A stretch of DNA of 64,000 nucleotides from an uncultured Methanosarcinaceae archaeon (GTDB taxonomy: Archaea; Halobacteriota; Methanosarcinia; Methanosarcinales; Methanosarcinaceae): NCBI GenBank assembly GCA_963733675.1, contig CAVTET010000003.1, positions 288,001 to 352,000 of the forward strand, written 5' to 3'. The notes beneath the pieces were generated by a model. It was not told where the DNA came from. It worked only from the letters and a program-made list of their open reading frames with translations, and did no database searches. Within the stretch, counting starts at the first letter, position 1. The number at the start of each line of letters is the position of its first letter. The position numbers and the translations under genes are program-made. Below are positions 45,543 to 52,620 of this stretch, piece after piece.

Positions 45543-45803
45543 TTATTTATTATTTTTTAACATCTCAGTTAGCTCGCTTTTTATAAGATTCTGCAGATAC
45601 ACATGGTTATAGCACCTTTTTGTGCATCTTTCGTCCTTTAAGCACATGTTGACAAGTTTTTGATGTGTATTTTCGTCTATACATGCGATATCGAGAAGTA
45701 CAAAAACTGCGGTAATCGCTAGTTCGATTTCTTTTATTAAATCAATATCTTGTTTCACTTCTCCTGCGAATTCGTTAAGTTCAGGGTTTATGCTAAAATC
45801 CAA
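45543..45803 (-). CDS. Hypothetical protein upstream of pstB
   Basis: 86-aa ORF with a TTG start preceded by GAGGAG. Confidence 0.6.
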   Translation of the reverse strand: MDFSINPELNEFAGEVKQDIDLIKEIELAITAVFVLLDIACIDENTHQKLVNMCLKDERCTKRCYNHVYLQNLIKSELTEMLKNNK

Positions 45804-46218
45804 CTCCTCTATATTCTTAACTCCCCTTTATTTTCCGTTTGATTTCGACGCGTTTCAATCCAATATCTGAAATACAAGTTTTTATGAACTTGTCTTCATT
45901 CCATTATTCTAAATTATACTTCCCTCTGATTTAGTATATATTTTCTGTATATATTCTAAATAGTACTAACTTAAACTAAATAAACTAAAATTACGTGGTT
46001 CTGACCCCACAAACTATGACAGTGACAATAAATAACTGAAGCATTGTGGTTATCAAACGACATTGAATGTCACAAATAGTCGTGTGGAATATATAAGGAA
46101 AATTATAAAACAATAAAGTTATTCATTCTAAACTATAGCACGTTGAAAATACTGACTTTGACAAAATGCTTAAATATTATTATGACGATTATGTATATAG
46201 AAACTAAACAAAAGCTAT

Positions 46219-47688
46219 ATGATTTTTCAAAAGTATTTATATTATGAAAAAAATATGAATCAGATTGAGCATGGGGCAATAACCAGAATGCTACTCACCT
46301 ATAAAATAAAGCATAATCGGGATTTTTCGGAGGAACTCCAAAAAGCTCGACAGGTTGTTGAATTTTGTATCAAACATAGGATTCAAAATCGAAATCTTGA
46401 TTCACTTCCCACTCCAGAATCTGTTTCTTATGATTATAATTTTCCTGTTTCTCCTTTCCATTCAAAGCAATTGGGAAATTATGAGAAAAATCTGAAGAAG
46501 AGGCAGAGAAATAGGACGAAAGTAAATTCTCTGTCTGTATCTAATTTATTTCCAATGTCTGATTTTCTTTATCCCGGAGATGTTAAGCACATAGGCTTGA
46601 AGTCAACGATTTCCAGCCCGATTCTTAGGAAATATTCCCGAAACCAGGACCTCAAATCCGTTAAGAATGTGAAATTAATCATCCCTTCGAAAGCTGTTAG
46701 TGTATTAAAGAAGGAGAAAACTCTCATAATCCCTTGCCTGAAACTTCTACTTAACTATCATTTTTCCAATAATTTTAACAAAATCTCCCAGATTGAAATA
46801 GATAACATCTATGCTTATGTGGCAGTTGTCTTTCCAAACGAAGAACCCAAAAGTTCCGAGCACCACATAGGAGTTGATCTCAATACCAGAGGACATATTG
46901 CTGTTGTAGCAGATCCAGAGTCGGGTAAAGTTTGGAAATTAGGGAAAATGCGCTACCATATACATAAAAAATACGAGAATATAAAAAAGAGACTCTATGA
47001 TATGGGCAAATACAAACAACTAAAAGCTGTAAGAAATAGGGAAAAAAATATTGTAAATAATCTAAATCATAAAATTAGCAGAAAGATTGTGAATGTTGCC
47101 CTGTATAATGGGTGTGGAATCAAACTCGAAAATTTAAATGGACTCCGGAAACTCAATGTCAAAATTGGAGATGCAGAAGATGGTGAGAAAAATAAACACG
47201 AAAACAAAAAAAGGGAACATAAAAGAGATAACAGCAGAAACAAAGAAATAAACGAAAAGTCTCTCAAAAACAAAAGTAAACTCCTAAAACACTTGTGTCT
47301 AGATGAATACTCCCTGAACAGCTGGTCTTTTCATCAGCTTCGTCAATTTATTGAATACAAAGCCAGGCTGCTCGGAGTAGAGGTAGCTTATATTGATCCC
47401 CATGCAACTAGTAAGAAGTGTAGTCGCTGTGGACATACAGGCAACCGACACAGTAAACAATTTGAATGTCCACACTGTGGTCATGTTGATCATGCCGATG
47501 TCAATGCCGCCTTTAACATAGCGTTGACGCCAAAAAGCAATGGTCAATTCTCTGCAGAAAGAGATGCAGAGAAAGGGAATACTGACCCCCCTCTAAGAAT
47601 CCTGGGCCGTACAATTTTCAGTAAACGGATTGCCAGAAAAGAAACTTCTCCACAGTTTGCGTGGGAAGTATGTCAGTTTTTAGCCTAA
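46219..47688 (+). CDS. tnpB: TnpB-family RNA-guided endonuclease with two large insertions; the true start may be ~46288 (MLLTYKIKH)
   Basis: RuvC-I IGVDLN, RuvC-II IKLENL, YSLNSWSFHQL, zinc finger CSRC/CPHC and RuvC-III HADVNAAFNIA. Confidence 0.92.
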   Translation: MIFQKYLYYEKNMNQIEHGAITRMLLTYKIKHNRDFSEELQKARQVVEFCIKHRIQNRNLDSLPTPESVSYDYNFPVSPFHSKQLGNYEKNLKKRQRNRTKVNSLSVSNLFPMSDFLYPGDVKHIGLKSTISSPILRKYSRNQDLKSVKNVKLIIPSKAVSVLKKEKTLIIPCLKLLLNYHFSNNFNKISQIEIDNIYAYVAVVFPNEEPKSSEHHIGVDLNTRGHIAVVADPESGKVWKLGKMRYHIHKKYENIKKRLYDMGKYKQLKAVRNREKNIVNNLNHKISRKIVNVALYNGCGIKLENLNGLRKLNVKIGDAEDGEKNKHENKKREHKRDNSRNKEINEKSLKNKSKLLKHLCLDEYSLNSWSFHQLRQFIEYKARLLGVEVAYIDPHATSKKCSRCGHTGNRHSKQFECPHCGHVDHADVNAAFNIALTPKSNGQFSAERDAEKGNTDPPLRILGRTIFSKRIARKETSPQFAWEVCQFLA

Positions 47689-47695
47689 GAAGCAT
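47530..47695 (+). ncRNA. Putative omega-RNA overlapping the tnpB 3' end; element right end at ~47675, followed by the guide
   Basis: Hairpin ACTTCTCCAC-AGTTTGC-GTGGGAAGT then ATGTCA. TnpB omega-RNAs are known to come from the element's right end. Boundaries are inferred. Confidence 0.55.
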
Positions 47696-47732
47696 TTTTA
47701 GACTTTTGAACTCTAAGGAGAGCATTCTTCTT

Positions 47733-47771
47733 CCCCGGAGGGCATCAATCCGGTATGGTAGGGTAGTTCAC
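47733..47771 (+). mobile_element. Second, different IS605-type right end
   Basis: Hairpin CCGGA...TCCGG, ending GGGTAGTTCAC; same TAGTTCAC terminus as at 30328 and 49360. Confidence 0.45.
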
Positions 47772-48089
47772 TATATGTGTCTGAAGATATCTGTTCTAAC
47801 ATTGACCATTGAGAACCCGTAACTTTCTGATCGTACAGAGAGATCCTGCTCATGAAGTGCAGCTGGAAACTATCAAACTAAATTCAACTCTTTTTTGCGA
47901 AATGTTTGTTTCGAATTGATGCGGTTAGTATTAATATAAATATACTGTTATATATAGTACTATTTAGCCTTACTATAGCTATTATGATAACACCTATATA
48001 TCTAAACGATTAACTAATTAGTAATTAATAATTGCTATATGTAAATCCAAAATCATATATGTCACAAAGAAATTATAAGAAAGATTTCT

Positions 48090-48743
48090 ATGCTTCAAAA
48101 TGGAAAAATTAAAGGCTTAATCTTTGATTGCTACAAAACCCTTATTGATATCAGGACCGATGAGCGAAGCTGGGAAACAAATAAAAGGGTAAGCGATTGG
48201 TTACTCTATAATGGGGTGCGTATTAGCCCTGATAGATTAAGGGAAGAATACAAGTGGAAAGTCATAGGTAGGCTGGGCAATTCGGATCAAAAGCACCCAG
48301 ATATTCGTATCGAAGAAATTTTTGCTGAGATTTGTGCTGATTATGCTTTTAGAAAAATAGATCCATATTGGCTTGGGATTGAAACCGCGAAAGCTTTCAG
48401 AACTGCGTCCTTAAGAAAACTGAATGTCTACCCCCAAAGTCTGCGTTTACTTGAAAAATACCGAAGTGTACCTAAGTGCATTGTTTCTAACGCTCAGAGA
48501 GTTTTTACGGAACAAGAACTTCGCTTTTTTAGCTTATACGACCGCTTTAATTTCACAATTATGTCTTCTGATTATTATATCAAGAAACCCGACCCCAAGC
48601 TCTTCAAGATGGCTCTTGATCGACTTGGACTTGAGCCCTGGGAAGTGCTTTCTATTGGTGATACGCCGGAAAATGATATTTATCCACCTCAAAGTCTTGG
48701 GATGAATGCAATGCTTATAAGTGATGCCTGGAAGTATGGATAA
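48090..48743 (+). CDS. HAD-superfamily hydrolase
   Basis: LIFDCYKTL (motif I variant), VSNAQ, KKPDP and IGDTPENDI. Confidence 0.9.
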   Translation: MLQNGKIKGLIFDCYKTLIDIRTDERSWETNKRVSDWLLYNGVRISPDRLREEYKWKVIGRLGNSDQKHPDIRIEEIFAEICADYAFRKIDPYWLGIETAKAFRTASLRKLNVYPQSLRLLEKYRSVPKCIVSNAQRVFTEQELRFFSLYDRFNFTIMSSDYYIKKPDPKLFKMALDRLGLEPWEVLSIGDTPENDIYPPQSLGMNAMLISDAWKYG

Positions 48744-49325
48744 ATCCCACAAAAATGATTAATGTTTCAATAAATCATACATCAGTAAATCATTTAATTT
48801 AAAGGATTATGAGATATCTTTGATTTTTTCCTTCGTAAGAATCCTGTTTAAATTTTTTCAGATAATTTTGTTGCCAATGGACGTTTAATTTCCCCCACCC
48901 TGGTCAGTTTAGATGTATTCACATTGTGATATAAATTTTATTTAATATTTAATGAATCCACTTGAGACTATTGGTAGATATTTCTCATTTCTACATCCGA
49001 TTTCTTTTTTTAACCGTAATTTTCCTCCTCAATGTTAATTGTTGTATAATGATGGAATATTCGAGATATTATCGGTTGATGGCCGTATAAAATAATTAAT
49101 GGAATAATCGCAATTATATGAAAAAAGGAAGTGGCGTGCACATTGATTAATCCAAAAAACAAATTCAATAATTATATCTTTAGCAAATCAAACTGTTGGA
49201 AGGGACGTTCTATTCTGTAGTCATAAAAAAAGTGAAAAATTGTATTATCTAAACTTTCCAAAAAAAGAAAAATACGATGGATGGGCTTAGGGACTTATTT
49301 TCAACAGAGAGCGATATGAACCATT

Positions 49326-49360
49326 AAGCCACTTAGCCTTTAGTGAGTGGTGTAGTTCAC
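49326..49360 (+). mobile_element. Solo IS605-type right end
   Basis: AAGCCACTTAGCCTTTAGTGAGTGGTGTAGTTCAC; resembles the 30328 end. Confidence 0.65.
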
Positions 49361-49373
49361 CTAAGGACAAGGT

Positions 49374-49630
49374 ACTAATCAATTAGGTTATAACTATATA
49401 GAATATGTGCAAAAACTATATAAAGTATTGAATCTCTTTATAATTTAGAGGTGCTCAAGCACCTTTAAACAAACCTTCTATCGGCTGCAGGTATCTCTTC
49501 ACTTGCAGTCCACAAGATTAACTTTAGGACATTACTGTCGTTGATTATCACAAGATCTAGAAGATTTCACATAGACAGTAGTATCTAATTAAATATGCAT
49601 TTGAGGTTCAGGTAGGAAAAGTCCTGTATT
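49374..49630 (+). ncRNA. Candidate structured RNA cassette, copy D (promoter plus long form)
   Basis: TATATAA at 49417. SL1 AGGTGC/GCACCT; SL2 GGCTGCAGGT/ACTTGCAGTC; SL3 TACTGTC/GACAGTA. The 3' motif CCTGTATTCAG..CATGA is shared with copy A. Confidence 0.6.
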
Positions 49631-49715
49631 CAGAAACATGATTATATGGCTTCTTTTAATTCCCACTTGACACAAGACAAACAAAAATTTTGGGGTAAAG
49701 AAAAGAGGTTATGGA

Positions 49716-50432
49716 ATGAATGAGATTGAAGAAGCTAACTTTAACGAAGGTAACTTTGAAAGAGCTAATCTTAAAAGAGCTAACTTTAAAGAGTATAAAC
49801 TTGAAAGATCTAATCTTATCGGAACTGACTTTATAAAAGCTAACCTTAAAGAATTCTACTTTGAAGGAGCTAACCTTAGGGAAGCTAATCTTGAAGGAGC
49901 TAATCTTGAGGGGGCCAAACTTAGAGAAACTAATCTTAAATGGTGTAACCTTAGAGGAGCTAACCTTCATAAAGCTGATCTTAGAGAAGCAAATCTCAAA
50001 GAAACTAATCTTGAAAGAGCTAACCTCATAAGGGCCAACCTTATAAAGGCTAACCTGCAAGTAGCTGATCTTGGGGAAGCTAACCTTCAAGGGGCTAATC
50101 TTAGAGAAGTTAACCTTGAAGGAGCTGACCTTAATTGGGCTATACTCAGAGGGGCTAACCTTGCAGGGGCTAACCTTGCAGGGGCTAATTTTACAGGGGC
50201 TAACCTTGAATGGGCTAACCTTATAAAGGCTAACCTTCAAAGGGCTAACCTTACATGGGCTAACCTTGAAGGAACTAACCTTGAAGGAGCTAATTTTGAA
50301 GGAGCTAACCTTAGTGGGGCTCATTATTTATCATTTGGGCAGCTTTCTAAAGTGAAAACACTTCGTAATACAAAATTAAATGGAGATATCTTCAAATCAC
50401 TAAAAGAGCAACATCCCACCCTTTTTGAATAA
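49716..50432 (+). CDS. Pentapeptide repeat protein
   Basis: About 40 tandem A(N/D)L-x-x units; C-terminal cap QLSKVKTL. Confidence 0.93.
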   Translation: MNEIEEANFNEGNFERANLKRANFKEYKLERSNLIGTDFIKANLKEFYFEGANLREANLEGANLEGAKLRETNLKWCNLRGANLHKADLREANLKETNLERANLIRANLIKANLQVADLGEANLQGANLREVNLEGADLNWAILRGANLAGANLAGANFTGANLEWANLIKANLQRANLTWANLEGTNLEGANFEGANLSGAHYLSFGQLSKVKTLRNTKLNGDIFKSLKEQHPTLFE

Positions 50433-51496
50433 CCAATGTTACAGGTCTTCAAGGATCTTAATAGGTTATAAAACCCAAAACGAATATTTGAAAAAGTATT
50501 ATCGGAGCGAAAGCACATTATGGAGGATCTCTACTTACCTCTGCTTTTTTTCTTCGCAATAATCCTGTTTTAAATCTTTCGTGCTAATTTCTCTATTTAG
50601 TTCTAGTGCCTCTAATTACTAGGGTCTGCAGCATGAATGCTTAAAATGCATTATCTTGGCATGGAACTCTAGAATGTAGCTTTTTTTCTAGCTATAATCG
50701 CTATAAATTTGAATTTTACCGAAAATTATGCACACTGTCCTAAAATATATTCGAGGACTAGTTTTAAGCAATAGTTTAAATTCAGGATCCTGAGGTCACA
50801 TGACTGAGTTAAGTGGTTTATAAGATGATTAGTTTCCTCTTTTGGATTACATTAAACTAGTAATAGTTTCTTGGGTTTCCAAACATCAACAATTTGCAAA
50901 GTGTAAAAAATACTAACTGTTTGCTCACATTTTCCAAACTTTTGATTAATAAAAACTATATGCTCAAATCTACCATAGAGCCTAACGGAAGGTCGATAGT
51001 TACAATTACAAAATTACAGTAAGTACACTACTTTTAGGGTAGGCCCGATACTAATACTATTTATGATCAAACTTATCAGTAATAAGATAAATTTAATTTT
51101 TAAAACTAGATAAAAATAACATATATATTCTAGTTTTTGAATATAAGCTGAAAGGAAGAGATTCTAAGGACTTAAAGCTCCAATCTTTAGAAATTGAAAT
51201 CAAACAAACATCCCAAATTTACCTATTTTCACTTTAAAACCCATTACCGAGTCAATCAGAGTTTACAGAACTTTTGGTACACTACATAAAAAAGAGATAA
51301 AAATTAAATAGCTACTTAATAGTTATATGTAATTTATTCAATCTGTTTGCATAAAGTTCCTTTATTGTACCGAGCTTAATCTGCATTTTAGATAGTTGAA
51401 GGTTTAATGCTATTGATTTACTAGTTAAACTGTATAAGTTATATAATTCATATATTATTCATCTTTCAATTTTAGTTAGTTAGCCAGCCTTTCGAT

Positions 51497-51529
51497 GCTA
51501 TCCAGGCACGATGTCTGTGCCTGGATAGC
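51497..51529 (-). terminator. 13-bp perfect hairpin downstream of the sulfatase fragment
   Basis: GCTATCCAGGCAC-GATGTCT-GTGCCTGGATAGC. Confidence 0.45.
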
Positions 51530-51560
51530 CATTCAAAACCGTCAATATGAAATTTCGATC

Positions 51561-51866
51561 TCATTGTAGGGTCATGATAATACGCATCTCAGCTTCCTCG
51601 TCTCCTATCTGATGGTTGCCCACCTCCACAGTCACACTATGGATCTTGCCGGTGAACTCAAAGGGAGGCTGATAGTCAGGCGTGGCTGGTGATCTATAAA
51701 CTGATCCGCAGGTTAACCCGCCGGATAACCAAAATGAAAGCGGATTAGTCACAGGTACATCAGCTTGAGCTACTAACTTTCCGTCTATGAAGAGTTTAAC
51801 CATTCCAGATAAGCCTTTTCCACTAGCAATATCTGGCTTATCGGTTACTTCAAACTCGAAGCCGAG
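51561..51866 (-). pseudogene. Arylsulfatase C-terminal fragment
   Basis: FEFEVTDKPDIASGKG...KLFIDGKLV...DYQPPFEFTGKIHSVTV; no upstream catalytic domain remains. Confidence 0.7.
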
Positions 51867-52620
51867 TTGATGTCCCCCTTCAGGAATAATTTCACTGGAG
51901 TCTACATGAAGATGACCAATATGTTCGGTTTCTTTCCCGTCATTTTTTCACCTTCCCTTGATAGATTGATATCCCATAACAGCACCTTGATGAGTATTAT
52001 TAAACAAACACAATTAATTACTTTTTTTGATCTGTTTATTTTCAGCCATAAAACAATTACCTTCAAGATTATCTTAAATGAATGATGATAATAATCGTTT
52101 CTGACTAAAACTTATTTCGACATAAAATTTTTTAAAGTCTAACAAAATCAAATATTAATCATATTTTTATTATTCCTGGAGATCAACACTCATTCTCTAG
52201 ATTTCACTAAAGATTTAAGTGATGTATAGGAACCTTCATTGAGATTTTCTTGTAGATAAGGCTAAATAGGGGTCAAGTCCACTCGATCTTGTAGGAAGGT
52301 TTCATAGTTCAAGAGTGGTCTTTTTGTTGAGATATTTCCTTATAATTTTTCAATTATAACCTATTTTTTGGATATTTCACTCCTGATCAACCTTGTGAAT
52401 GCAAATCTCATATCAACAGATCTTTCTCCATTTTCAGTATTATTCCTAATCTTCTAACTTTTCTCAAGGATTGAGAATTAGGGATCTTTAAACTGACGAA
52501 CTGGGATAATTTGTAACCCATTGACGTAGACTCCTAAATTAGGTCATATACTTCTAAATGGCGCGTGTATAACCCATGAAAATCAGTAGTTTATTGAGAA
52601 TCCAACGTGACATACATTTA

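Noticed and set aside
49716-50320. 15-bp periodic DNA repeats as a possible CRISPR or guide array
   Set aside because: These are codon-level pentapeptide repeats with no unique spacers. No CRISPR array was seen in the window.
49656-50324. 222-aa minus-strand ORF with KVSSF-type repeats
   Set aside because: It is the antisense shadow of the pentapeptide repeat gene.
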